64,000 nt of DNA from an uncultured Poribacteria bacterium (GTDB taxonomy: Bacteria; Poribacteria; WGA-4E; WGA-3G): the NCBI GenBank assembly GCA_958296135.2, contig CATQHZ020000001.1, positions 2,016,001 through 2,080,000 of the forward strand, read 5' to 3'. The notes under the pieces were generated by a model. That model ran no database searches. It was not told the DNA's origin and saw only the letters and a program-made list of their open reading frames with translations. Position 1 is the first letter of the stretch, and every line of letters begins with the position of its first letter. This document shows, one piece after another, positions 47,424-57,587 of the stretch. Position numbers and translations under genes: made by a program.

Positions 47424-48554
47424 ATGAAAACATTATTCCTCAAAGACATGCGATACCGCCGGGCACGCGTCGTGCTGACGGCACTCGGCATCACCGTGCT
47501 GATGTCGCTCATCCTACTGTTGGGCGGCATCATGAACGGCATGCGTATCCAAGCGCGGCAGTATGTAGAGGCCACCGGTGCCAACGTCTGGATTTCCGCC
47601 GAAGGTTCTGGCGGTGCCTTCATCGGGTTCTCCCTCGTCGTTGAGGAATACATGGCGTGGCTGAATTCGTCGCCCGGCTTAGTCCCCGATTCTGCCTCGC
47701 CGCTGATCTTCGCGCAGGCGCGCCCAACTGTCCGAGGAAAGTCAACGAAGGCAATCGTTGTCGGCTATAAACTGGGGAAACTCGGCGGCCCGACGCGGGT
47801 AATTGAGGGGCGGCTGTTTACACCGAGCAAGTTCAAGGATTTTCGTCCCGAAGACCAGGCTCCTTTTGAGGTAGTTATCGATGAAAAGATGGGACTTGAA
47901 ATCGGCGAACAGATTTCAATCGGTAACGAGAAATTGCGGGTTGTCGGCAAAGCGAAAAGCCTGATGTTCGTTTTGGATACGCCGCTGCTTTTCATGGATG
48001 TCCGCATCGCGCAGAAGGTGCTGCTCGGCAACTATCCGCACGTCAATATGATGATTGCCAAAACGACCGGAAACCAGCCTGCATCAGGGCTCGCGACAGA
48101 TTTAGATGCCCTAGAAACCATCGAAGCACGCACCTTAAAGCAGACACTCGGAAACATCATCGAGTATTATGTCGACGAACCGATGAAAGCGGTGCAATTC
48201 CTGAGAGTCATGCTCTGGCTGGCAGCAGGGCTTCTCGTCGGTATGATAACCTACGTCACGATGCTTGAGAAGACGCAGGAGATCGGCGTGCTAAAGGCAA
48301 TCGGCGCGTCAAACGGATACGTGATGTCCCTGCTCTTGAAGCAAGTCGCGCTTATCTCGGTGGGCGGCGTTCTGTGCGGATTGGTTCTCGCATATCTGTT
48401 CGCGGCGGCGGCACCCATCTTCGTCGCAATTCACTTTGCGGAGTCGCTCATCGTAGCGGGGATTAGCCTGATTGTGTGTTGCGTGAGCGGCTATGTGGCG
48501 GCGCGGAAGGCAATCACCGTCGATCCGATGATAGCGTTCCGGGGTGAGCTCTAG
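47424..48554 (+). CDS. ABC transporter permease (MacB/FtsX-like)
   Basis: 4-TM layout, EIGVLKAIGAS, DPMIAFR. Confidence 0.85.
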   Translation: MKTLFLKDMRYRRARVVLTALGITVLMSLILLLGGIMNGMRIQARQYVEATGANVWISAEGSGGAFIGFSLVVEEYMAWLNSSPGLVPDSASPLIFAQARPTVRGKSTKAIVVGYKLGKLGGPTRVIEGRLFTPSKFKDFRPEDQAPFEVVIDEKMGLEIGEQISIGNEKLRVVGKAKSLMFVLDTPLLFMDVRIAQKVLLGNYPHVNMMIAKTTGNQPASGLATDLDALETIEARTLKQTLGNIIEYYVDEPMKAVQFLRVMLWLAAGLLVGMITYVTMLEKTQEIGVLKAIGASNGYVMSLLLKQVALISVGGVLCGLVLAYLFAAAAPIFVAIHFAESLIVAGISLIVCCVSGYVAARKAITVDPMIAFRGEL

Positions 48555-48635
48555 TCGGGTAGGAACAATCTCAGGTAAGCGCGGTTTGAAACCGTGCCTA
48601 CGGGAAAAATCTTGATTCTTCCGAGCGGAGGCATT

Positions 48636-49307
48636 ATGGCAGCTATTGTAGAAGGCACAAACTTAACCAAACGCTTCGGCACCGGCGATGCCACCGTTGT
48701 CGCAATTGATTCGGTGGACATTGCCATTCAAGAGAGCGAATTGGTGATGATTATGGGCGACAGCGGCTGCGGCAAGACAACGCTGATCAGCCTTCTCGGC
48801 TGTATCTTAACGCCTGATGAAGGCGAACTCCGCATTGATAGTGAAACTATCCATCAAGCTACGCGTGACATGAGCCAAATCCGCCGCGAGAAAATCGGGT
48901 TTGTCTTCCAACTGTTTCACCTTTTGCCCTACCTCACCGCACTAGAAAACGTGATCGTTGCGATGGACATTGCGCGAACCAACGCCGAGGAAGCGGAGGA
49001 CCGCGCACAAGAATTGCTGATGCAAGTCGGCTTGGCAGAACGACTGCATCACCGTCCCGCGCAGTTGTCTGGCGGTGAGAAACAGCGCGTATCGTTTGCG
49101 CGAGCCCTTGCCAACCGCCCGAAAATCATCTTCGCCGATGAACCGACTGCCAACCTCGACAGCCGCCAGAGCGATAATCTGATGAGCCTGATTCAGGAAC
49201 TGCGCCAAGAACACCAGACCACGATTGCCATTGTCACGCACCACGAGGGGTTGAAAGCGAACGCTGACCGGGTTATCCTCATGAAAGACGGAAGGATTGT
49301 CGCATGA
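48636..49307 (+). CDS. ABC transporter ATP-binding protein (LolD/MacB-like)
   Basis: GDSGCGKTT, LSGGEKQRV, ADEPTANLD. Confidence 0.9.
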   Translation: MAAIVEGTNLTKRFGTGDATVVAIDSVDIAIQESELVMIMGDSGCGKTTLISLLGCILTPDEGELRIDSETIHQATRDMSQIRREKIGFVFQLFHLLPYLTALENVIVAMDIARTNAEEAEDRAQELLMQVGLAERLHHRPAQLSGGEKQRVSFARALANRPKIIFADEPTANLDSRQSDNLMSLIQELRQEHQTTIAIVTHHEGLKANADRVILMKDGRIVA

Positions 49308-50689
49308 GGGGAATGAGACTAGTTGCAATTAGCGTGTTGATTTTCGCGCTCGGCCTCCAAATCCACGCGCAGGATGCACCAATGGAGGAGAAGAAACTGC
49401 TAACGGGCGCAGTCGAAACCCGTCCCTTTGCTAAAAGTGGTTTATATGGCGGCGGTTTGACCTTCATTGATGGAAACGCCTACGTTCAACTTCAGTTGCA
49501 ACCCGATATTCCCATCGGGAAACTCGGGTTGGGGTTGGACCTGGTGATGCTTTACAATCCGTTCGCGGAAGCCGATGAATCCCAATTTCTCGCGGAAGAT
49601 GGCGAAGACTGGAACAACCCTAGCACATGGCTGCGGCTCATTCGCTATATCCGTTACGGGCAACCGAATGAGCCGTTCCATTTCCGTTTCGGAGAGTTAG
49701 ACTATCTGACGCTTGGGCACGGTTCAATTATGTCCGGCTATTCCAACTACGATAGGCGCGGCGTGCAGCTGAACCTCAGAAACTCCGACAACCGATTCGG
49801 CGTTGAGACGATGCTCAACGATATTGGCGCGCCGACAATTTTTGGGGGGAGAGCGTTTCTCCGTCCCTTTCAACGCACCGAAAATAACAGTCTCTTCACC
49901 CGATTTGAAGTGGGAACGACTTATCTTACCGACATCGATCCGAACGTGCAAGAAATCGGCGAGGAACCGCTCATCGCGCTGGGTGCTGATGTCGGATTTC
50001 CGATTTTTGAGACCGGCACGTTTCGGTTGAACGTGTATGACGATGTCGTTTTTTTGAATACAGTAGGAGGGACCGCCCGGTCCCGATACCCCGAAAATCA
50101 AGACCAGGAGGGCTCTCCTACGGGAACAACGAGGCTCACGTGGGGGAACGCTGTCGGCGTAGGGTTCGCTTGGACGCAAGCCGTTTTCAAACTCGAATAC
50201 CGCTTCTTCAGCGACGGCTACATCCCCTCCGTGTTTGATTATACGTATGAATCTGCGAAGATAGGTTTGCCGCAGACAGACGTGCCGCAGTTTTTAGGCT
50301 TGGAGACAGACATCGCGGCGCGACGCGGCTATTTCTCACAGCTGATCTGGCAGCCGTTGCCGCAATTCTATTTTTTAGGCACGTTTGAGAACTACACCGA
50401 CAGCGAACCGAAACTCTATGTCGGTATCACGGAATCAGGGATAGTGCCGAGGCTGTCCGCGCGGGCGTTCTACACAAAGCGAGACATCGGCGAAGGTGGA
50501 GATACCAACTTCTTCGGAGATCTGTTTGACTTGGACGAGAAGTCGGCATTCAGTATAGAGCTCCGCTATGCGATTTATCCGCCATTAGAGACGATTATCC
50601 TCCGAGAATACCGTTTCCGGCGCGTTGAAACGAAGTTTGAACCGATTCATAAAACGTCAGTGATGTTGGGAGTTAAGAGAGAATTTTAA
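49304..50689 (+). CDS. Hypothetical exported, probably outer-membrane beta-barrel protein
   Basis: Signal peptide, IRYIRYG...LTLGHGSIMSGYSN, C-terminal F; contains an in-frame REP doublet at 50063-50121. Confidence 0.6.
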   Translation: MRGMRLVAISVLIFALGLQIHAQDAPMEEKKLLTGAVETRPFAKSGLYGGGLTFIDGNAYVQLQLQPDIPIGKLGLGLDLVMLYNPFAEADESQFLAEDGEDWNNPSTWLRLIRYIRYGQPNEPFHFRFGELDYLTLGHGSIMSGYSNYDRRGVQLNLRNSDNRFGVETMLNDIGAPTIFGGRAFLRPFQRTENNSLFTRFEVGTTYLTDIDPNVQEIGEEPLIALGADVGFPIFETGTFRLNVYDDVVFLNTVGGTARSRYPENQDQEGSPTGTTRLTWGNAVGVGFAWTQAVFKLEYRFFSDGYIPSVFDYTYESAKIGLPQTDVPQFLGLETDIAARRGYFSQLIWQPLPQFYFLGTFENYTDSEPKLYVGITESGIVPRLSARAFYTKRDIGEGGDTNFFGDLFDLDEKSAFSIELRYAIYPPLETIILREYRFRRVETKFEPIHKTSVMLGVKREF

Positions 50690-50725
50690 TGCCCTCAGGC
50701 GCGGCAGAACCCTCGCCTTGTTGCA

Positions 50726-50987
50726 GTAGGAGAGACCTCCCGCGTCTCGATGCAATACCGTAGGAGAAACCTCCCGCGTCTCGATGCAATACCGTAGGAT
50801 AACCTTCCCGCGTCTCGATGCAATACCATAGGAGAAACCACCCGCTCTCAATGTAATACCGTAGGAGAAACCACCCGCTCTCAATGTAATACCGTAGGAG
50901 AAACCACCCGCTCTCAATGTAATACCGTAGGAGAGACCTCCCGGTCTCGATGCAATACCTTAAGAGAAACCACCCCGGTCTCGATGC
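50726..50987 (+). repeat. Tandem array of 8 REP family A units (33-34 bp period)
   Basis: Unit starts at 50726, 50760, 50794, 50828, 50861, 50894, 50927 and 50960. Confidence 0.92.
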
Positions 50988-51044
50988 CGATTCCGGTCTT
51001 AACAGACCTGAAGAGCAGTCATTTTCAAAAGGAGAAGTTTTCTC

Positions 51045-51920
51045 ATGAAAAGAACAGTTTTTACCTCAATGCTAGCGTTAGTCCTCGCCTGCCTCTTCAC
51101 TATCGGATGCAGCGTACGCAGCGGCGATAATCCGCCACTGATAGAAACACCAACGCCCGAGGGCATGGTGCTCATTCCCGCCGGGCAATTCCAGATGGGC
51201 AGTAACGATGCAGAAGCCGGCTACAATGAGCAACCGGTGCATACCGTCCACGTGGACGCGTTCTACATGGACGCATACGAAGTGACGAACGCGCAGTTCA
51301 AGGCATTTGTCGATGCGAATCCACAGTGGCACAAACACAATAGTGCTGCCAAGTTCCACGACGGCAATTACCTCAAGGACTGGGATGGCAATAACTATCC
51401 GGCTGGGAAAGCCAACCATCCGGTGACGCGTGTGAGTTGGTATGCGGCGATGGCGTATGCAGACTGGGCAGGAAAGCGGCTGCCAACCGAGGCAGAGTGG
51501 GAATACGCCGCACGCGGCGGGCTCGCTGAAAAGAAGTATCCCTGGGGCAAAAAGATTTCTGTCGAAGATGCCAACTACGGTTGGCATGCCGGCGATACGA
51601 CTGCCGTTGGGCAGTATGCGGCGAACCGCTATGGGTTATACGACATGACAGGTAACGTGTGGGAATGGTGCCTTGATGAGTATGATGCAGGTTTCTACGC
51701 TGAGTCTCATAACAGCCGGAATCCGCTTTCGGGTGCGGAGAGTCTCCAAGGAATCCTTGATAACTTCACCAGTCTCCCGACCGGTACCTTCCGCGTGTTG
51801 CGGGGCGGGTCTTTGGCCGATAGCGAGCGGATCGTGCGCGTCGCCACTCGAAGCTCCAATCCGCCGACGACTGCCAAGCCGGTCATCGGTTTTCGTTGTG
51901 CGAGGGATGTGACTCCTTGA
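51045..51920 (+). CDS. FGE-sulfatase (SUMF1/CLec fold) domain lipoprotein
   Basis: Lipobox TIGC, FQMGS, YEVTNAQF, RLPTEAEWEYAARGG, GNVWEW, RVLRGGS, GFRC. Confidence 0.9.
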   Translation: MKRTVFTSMLALVLACLFTIGCSVRSGDNPPLIETPTPEGMVLIPAGQFQMGSNDAEAGYNEQPVHTVHVDAFYMDAYEVTNAQFKAFVDANPQWHKHNSAAKFHDGNYLKDWDGNNYPAGKANHPVTRVSWYAAMAYADWAGKRLPTEAEWEYAARGGLAEKKYPWGKKISVEDANYGWHAGDTTAVGQYAANRYGLYDMTGNVWEWCLDEYDAGFYAESHNSRNPLSGAESLQGILDNFTSLPTGTFRVLRGGSLADSERIVRVATRSSNPPTTAKPVIGFRCARDVTP

Positions 51921-51944
51921 ATCTTAAAGCCTTTACTCCTTCTA

Positions 51945-52500
51945 ATCTGGCTTTCCTTTTACCGTAGGGCGAGGGACAGACCCCGCGCTACGGTTACTAA
52001 AAAAACGCCTCTTAAACCGTAGGGCGAGGGCCCGGCGATCGCGAATCGCCGAGGGTTTCCCTCGCCGTGCCCCGGGCGTACTCGCGAAACGTAGGGGAAA
52101 AAGCCAACTGGCGCGACAACGATCGCGGGGGACAGTGGACATCTCTGCAGCGAGGCTGCAGAGATGATAGCGTTAAGGCGTGACGGCCCCCGCGCTACGG
52201 TGGGGCAGAGACCCCTGCACTTCACCGTAGGGCGAGGGTTTCCCTCGCCATGTTGGATCGTTTCAAAAAAACGCCCGGGCCTCTGGGCTGCGGGCGTTTT
52301 TCGGTTTGACCGAGCAATCGCGGGGGACAGGCCCCCGCGCTACGGTGGAGAAGAAACCGTCTGCTTCACCGTAGGGCGAGGGCCCGGCGAGCGCGAATCG
52401 CCGAGGGTTTCCCTCGCCATGCCCCGGTCGTATCAGAAAACGCCCGGGGCCTCTGGCTTTCCTTTTACCGTAGGACGAGGACCTGTCCCTCGCCATCGCT
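51945..52500. repeat. BIME-like mosaic of REP family B units
   Basis: Multiple CCGTAGGGCGAGGG and GGGACAGGCCCCCGCGCTACGG in both orientations; ~60 bp direct repeat at ~52017 and ~52369. Confidence 0.85.
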
Positions 52501-53473
52501 ACGCAAAAGACACCCCCAACTTAACACTCCGCTCCGGATGGTTATCCATCTCCTCATAAGCCGTGGCGGCATCGGCGAAAGGCACCACCGGGTCCACGAT
52601 GTCCTCGCAATCAAACCTACCTTCGGAGAGCCACTTCCAGCACGTATCAATAATACGCCCGAAATTCCAGCGCGGATGATCTCGGTTGGGCTCACTGTTG
52701 GCCCGCGCAAAGATAAGGTTCGGGATGTTGAAATGCGCAACGGCACCCAAGTCAAGCCCGCCTTTACACTCCTTCGCCCATCCCGCAACGACAACCGTGC
52801 CCTCAAACGCGACACTGCGGATAGCATCGTCAAGCGCGTGGTAATTGGCACTCGTTTCAATGGCGACATCAACGCCGAGGCCGCCGGTGGCTTCATGCAG
52901 CACCTCGCCGACATTGCACGCAGTTGGATCGAGCACCAGGTCTGCACCAGTCTTTTCCGCGACGGCGCGCCGCCCTGCAATCGGTTCTATGGCGGCGACG
53001 AAATCCGCGCCTGCCACCTTCGCGAATTGTTGTGTCACTAACCCTATCGCACCGAGCCCGAAGACTGCCACCCGGTCGCCGACGCGCACCTGTCCATCGC
53101 GAATCGCGGCAAGCGCAAAGTGCGCCGGATCATAGCAGACCGCCTCTTTCCACGTCATCCGCGCCGGCATCTTGAGGAGCCGCTGCGCGTTCCACGTGTG
53201 CGTCTCCTTAAGGTGCCCGTGTCCCGCGACGCGCTCGCCGAGTTCAACGCCCTCAACTTCGTCGCCGATTTCAATCACTCTACCGACGCACATATTTCCG
53301 AGGCCTTGTGGAAAGCCGGCACCGCGGAGTCCATAATACATCGTCATTTCAGTGCCGCGTTTGGGCGCGCCGAAGTCAACTTGGACGCGCACGCTATCGA
53401 CAGGTAAGGGGCCGTCTTCGTATTCTCTTAAGACCGGTTGACGGGGTGCAAGTGCAACTAATTCTTTTGGCAT
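52499..53473 (-). CDS. Zinc-binding (MDR) alcohol dehydrogenase-like protein
   Basis: GRVIEIGDEV, VFGLGAIG and GVDVAIE motifs. Confidence 0.85.
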   Translation of the reverse strand: MPKELVALAPRQPVLREYEDGPLPVDSVRVQVDFGAPKRGTEMTMYYGLRGAGFPQGLGNMCVGRVIEIGDEVEGVELGERVAGHGHLKETHTWNAQRLLKMPARMTWKEAVCYDPAHFALAAIRDGQVRVGDRVAVFGLGAIGLVTQQFAKVAGADFVAAIEPIAGRRAVAEKTGADLVLDPTACNVGEVLHEATGGLGVDVAIETSANYHALDDAIRSVAFEGTVVVAGWAKECKGGLDLGAVAHFNIPNLIFARANSEPNRDHPRWNFGRIIDTCWKWLSEGRFDCEDIVDPVVPFADAATAYEEMDNHPERSVKLGVSFA

Positions 53474-53754
53474 GGTTTTCTCCTATTTTCTGCAGGGCGA
53501 GAGCGCATGAAGTTTAAGAACAAATCGGGTTATTTCCCAAATTGCCTCTCCTTCCCGTAAGACGAAGGCAGTCAAGCCGAAACGCTGCCATCTCTGCCGC
53601 CTTGCTGCAGAGATGGCCACCGTCCCTCGCCATGCCACGACCGCGGGGGACAGGCCCCCGCGCTACGTTCCAAGGAAGTTATCGTCTCTGCACAAGGGAA
53701 AAAGGACCCAATTATTTTCTGAAACTTCATCTGATCTCGCCATGTGGGTATCTA

Positions 53755-56253
53755 CTAATGCGGGATGCCCAATTGGTGCATCCGGCGATGAATTGCCTCG
53801 CGCGCTTGATTGAACGGCCGAGACAAAAATTCCAGATGGTCTGCTTCGCCGTGGTGGTGTGTCACAGTGCCGGGATGATGATGGCGGGCACGCTCGCGGA
53901 TGTAAGACAACCCACCTTCAATCAGCGTCAGCATGTAATTGGCTGTCTCGGGGTCGAACATCCACCACTCTTCACCGACAGCGATGTAGACTGGGGAGGT
54001 GTGCGCGATAATGCCGCGTCCCCATCCATCGTGGTGCGGGACAGCTTGCGCATACCCAGGTCCGCCACAGCGCGCCGCAATCCACGAGTGCTTTTCAATT
54101 CTCAGGTTCGCCTTCAGGCGCAGCTGGCGCGTTCCGTTTTTATCCTCCGTAGATGCAACGACTTGCCCTGCCTGAACAATTTGCAACGTATGGATAGGGA
54201 AAATCGAATCCGCTGATGCTTCCACTTCAACCGTGCCGCCGTTGCCGGGCAGATTGATGGTGCTACCGATTGGCTGTCCATCAACGGTAAGTCGAATCAT
54301 CGGGCCGCCGCTGAGGAAGGTGTTCCCGGCACTCATGTATTTGCACCAGTTATCGTAGTTGAATTCCTCATCGTCAGGGATATGGACGTAGGTGCGGTAA
54401 ACACCGACCGGCACGTCGCTAGACATTTTATCTGTTCCGCCAACGAGGGGCAATTTATAGCCGCAATTGAGATAGCGGTAGTATTCAATGTGGCCATACA
54501 TCGCATTCGTCAGGTATTCGACAGCGTCCACGCGCCCAGTTGCGATGAGCGTCGCCGGTTCGCAGTTCGGATTGGGGATGTGCGGCAGCACGACGGTGCC
54601 GCCTTGCGCATGGCAAGCATCAGCCCAGTGCGAAAGCGTCGTCTCCATGTTTCCGCCGAGTTCTGCCTCACCGGGGCCATCGGAACACCACGGCGCAACC
54701 TGCTCTTTCAAACCGAGCAAGGTGAGATGCCCTAGGACATGCTGCCGATTCTCCTGCGTGGCATAGACAATGCTCCTGCCATCATCCGACACCGCCGGTC
54801 TGCCGATGAACTCCTCGGTATTCGTGAAGAGATGTCCCCACTGCGAGAGGAGCAGGTTGACTACCCCGAGGTCTTCGCCTTGCGCTTCGGTGTGCGCACC
54901 TTGTGTGGAGAGGAAATGGACGTGCGTGTCGCCGCTAAAATAGCGTTCCGCGTTCATATTACACCACCGCTTGAGACGCAGTGTGAGCTCGCGTTGCCCC
55001 GGTTTAATCTCCACAGTGGTTCGCAGCGGCGTGTACTCATAGCCGCGGGCGACATCGACGATAACCTCGCCGCGCGGCAGCCAGCCTTGACAGGTGCCAT
55101 CAATATAGGCGTAGCTGATCTGGCCCAGCCGCACATCGCCGCCGACATCAATATGCCACGTGCCCATGTTGGAATTAACGTGCGCGTGGTGTCCGTGCGG
55201 CGCATAAGGCACACCGTGCGGCGAACGGAAGTGGACGCGGCACGGCACCGGCTTGTTCGTGTCGTCGTCAAGGACGGTGGTATGCACCCAATTCCTGCCG
55301 CTATCAATCAGTTGCACCTTGACCCGCTCGTTTGGTTGCACCGTGCCTTTTGCTTCGACTTCGCCCCAATTCACCGTGCCAAGCGTTTCGCCGTGGTTCT
55401 TGATTGCCACGCTTGCCGAGGGAGTGGCGGATACCTCCACATACGCCGGACTGCTTTTGTTGTTTTGGGATTCGCCCCACCCCCTGAAATCGTCGTTGAT
55501 GAAAGCATCGGTGGCGTTTTCGGGGAGCGGATAGGGGTAAGTTGCGACACCCCGGTCGACCTCCACTTCCATATCAAACGGTTTATCGGCATCCTCCTGC
55601 TGTGGGAGAGTCACCTTGAGTTCGCGGCGCGGGTGCCGAGGCACCGGGGCCTCGGCAAGATAACCGAGAGTGATGGCGGCGATGATGAATTTTCGCTCCA
55701 TCGGCTGAATCGTAACGGATTCAATTGCCACGTCCGGTCTCGGATTTTCCCAAATCCACAAGTAGTAGTCGCGCGGATAAGTTTGGTATGTCTCGGTTTG
55801 GCGATTGCCAGCGGAACCCCATGGGCCCTGGTGGCGGTTGATGAGCCCCTCCTTCTGGTCTGGCACAGCGAGGAATGGTTGTTGTCCCCATCCTTGCGGC
55901 AAGGCGGCAATCTCAAACCGCTCGCGAATCGGGACGTTCACCGTCGCGCCATCGGCATAGCAGAAAACGTAATTGGCGATGTGCTTGCCGATCGGTTCGC
56001 CTTCAAAAACGTGTGATTCCAAAAGACGGTGCGCTACGATGACCCGGCGCGGTTTCGCTGCAATCGGCACACTGATAGGCTCGGGGTTGATACCTTCACC
56101 GAAACCAAGGAAACACGCGAGGTTTCCTTCTCCGATTTGGAACGGCAAGCCGTGGAACGTTTGTGAACCGAGGGCGGGATTGGCTCGCTCACCGAGGATG
56201 TCCGCACCGACGTTGCACAAATCGGAGAGTGCGACAGGTTGATAGTCTTGCAT
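53755..56253 (-). CDS. CehA/McbA family PHP-type metallohydrolase
   Basis: SGDTHVHF, QENRQH..GHL, YRYLNCG..LPLVGGTD and AHTSPVY motifs. Confidence 0.8.
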   Translation of the reverse strand: MQDYQPVALSDLCNVGADILGERANPALGSQTFHGLPFQIGEGNLACFLGFGEGINPEPISVPIAAKPRRVIVAHRLLESHVFEGEPIGKHIANYVFCYADGATVNVPIRERFEIAALPQGWGQQPFLAVPDQKEGLINRHQGPWGSAGNRQTETYQTYPRDYYLWIWENPRPDVAIESVTIQPMERKFIIAAITLGYLAEAPVPRHPRRELKVTLPQQEDADKPFDMEVEVDRGVATYPYPLPENATDAFINDDFRGWGESQNNKSSPAYVEVSATPSASVAIKNHGETLGTVNWGEVEAKGTVQPNERVKVQLIDSGRNWVHTTVLDDDTNKPVPCRVHFRSPHGVPYAPHGHHAHVNSNMGTWHIDVGGDVRLGQISYAYIDGTCQGWLPRGEVIVDVARGYEYTPLRTTVEIKPGQRELTLRLKRWCNMNAERYFSGDTHVHFLSTQGAHTEAQGEDLGVVNLLLSQWGHLFTNTEEFIGRPAVSDDGRSIVYATQENRQHVLGHLTLLGLKEQVAPWCSDGPGEAELGGNMETTLSHWADACHAQGGTVVLPHIPNPNCEPATLIATGRVDAVEYLTNAMYGHIEYYRYLNCGYKLPLVGGTDKMSSDVPVGVYRTYVHIPDDEEFNYDNWCKYMSAGNTFLSGGPMIRLTVDGQPIGSTINLPGNGGTVEVEASADSIFPIHTLQIVQAGQVVASTEDKNGTRQLRLKANLRIEKHSWIAARCGGPGYAQAVPHHDGWGRGIIAHTSPVYIAVGEEWWMFDPETANYMLTLIEGGLSYIRERARHHHPGTVTHHHGEADHLEFLSRPFNQAREAIHRRMHQLGIPH

Positions 56254-56498
56254 AAGATGCCTCCTTATACTGTTCCTCTGCCCGTAGCGCGAGGCGAAAC
56301 TATTGAGCGTACCAAGCATCGCATCGCCTTTATATCCTGCCTTTAACCGTAGTGCGAGGGCCTGTCCCTCGCGGTCTGCCGCCTGGAGCCAAAACGGCTC
56401 TTGGTCCGTGAACCAATGCCCGTTTCCTAGCTGATATCGTCCTCGCCCTACGAAGGGTGCAGCAGTTTTGAAACGTCGCAGCGGTTTTTAGATGATGA

Positions 56499-57494
56499 TT
56501 AAAGCGGCAGCCCGATTGCCACCCCCTGTTCGGAGGATAGATAGAACGCCTGCATCAACTCCGTCAGGTTGCGTCCATCTTCGATGGTAATCGTCATCGG
56601 TTCGTCGCGGAGGATGGCGTTAATCCACTGCTGCATCGGTTCCGGCGGTGCCGAGGGCGCGTTAGCGATGTATTCCGCTTTCTCCTCATCGGAAAGTTTA
56701 CGGGTTTCAAAGTGCATTTCCCCATGCCCGGCGACGAAAGAACCTTCCGTGCCATAGAGCTCTAGCAGATTCGGTCCTGAGCGGTGCGTCCACGCGACAT
56801 CAATAACACCCAACGCCTTGTTCGCGAATTCAACGACAGAGACGCTGTTATCGTCAATAGCGTAGTTGCCGGTGAAGTTATTAATCTTGGCGATGGTGCT
56901 TTTCGGCTCGCCCATCAGCCATCTGATGACATCAACACGGTGACAGCCGAGGTCGAACAAGGCACCGCCACCAGCGCGTGCCGCATCGGCGAACCACGCG
57001 CTCGTGCCGTTGAACCATTTGTCGAGTCCGGCGGAATGCGCGATGCGTCCCCTTCCGAACGTCAAATCGCCGAGGAGGCCATCGTCAAGTGCCTTCTTGG
57101 CAAATAAGATTTCTGGATTGCATCGAGATGGCAAGGAAATCATGAACTTCACGCCTGCCTTCTCAACGGCGGAAATGATGGCATCGCAGCCGTCAACGTC
57201 AATAGCTAGTGCCTTCTCGGTGAAGATATGTTTCCCAGCTTCGGCGGCGGCTATCATGACTCGCGGATGGTCGGACGTGATGGCATCCACAGAGACTGCG
57301 TCTACATCGTCACGGCTGAGGACTTCGTCCAGGGCTGTGTAGAAGGGAACGCCGTATTGTTCGGCAGCGTTTCTGCCGCCGTACTCCTCTTCGTCCCAGA
57401 CAGCGACGAGTTCGGTTTCGGGGTTATCGTTAATTTTTCGGGCGTATCCACCGGCGTGGACATGCGCCATGCTGAGCTTGGCAACTCGGATCAT
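56499..57494 (-). CDS. Gfo/Idh/MocA oxidoreductase
   Basis: AGKHIFTEK and GGGALFDLGCH motifs. Confidence 0.88.
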   Translation of the reverse strand: MIRVAKLSMAHVHAGGYARKINDNPETELVAVWDEEEYGGRNAAEQYGVPFYTALDEVLSRDDVDAVSVDAITSDHPRVMIAAAEAGKHIFTEKALAIDVDGCDAIISAVEKAGVKFMISLPSRCNPEILFAKKALDDGLLGDLTFGRGRIAHSAGLDKWFNGTSAWFADAARAGGGALFDLGCHRVDVIRWLMGEPKSTIAKINNFTGNYAIDDNSVSVVEFANKALGVIDVAWTHRSGPNLLELYGTEGSFVAGHGEMHFETRKLSDEEKAEYIANAPSAPPEPMQQWINAILRDEPMTITIEDGRNLTELMQAFYLSSEQGVAIGLPL

Positions 57495-57587
57495 TGGGTT
57501 CTCCTCTGTCTGAATTTCAAATTTGCAGGATTAACGGGAGGCGAGGGACAGGCCCTCGCCCTACGATGAAGGGGACGGTAAACGTGG

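Noticed and set aside
50726-50987. CRISPR array
   Set aside because: Units are head-to-tail with no unique spacers, and no cas genes are present; the same applies to 16160-16355 and 63153-63312
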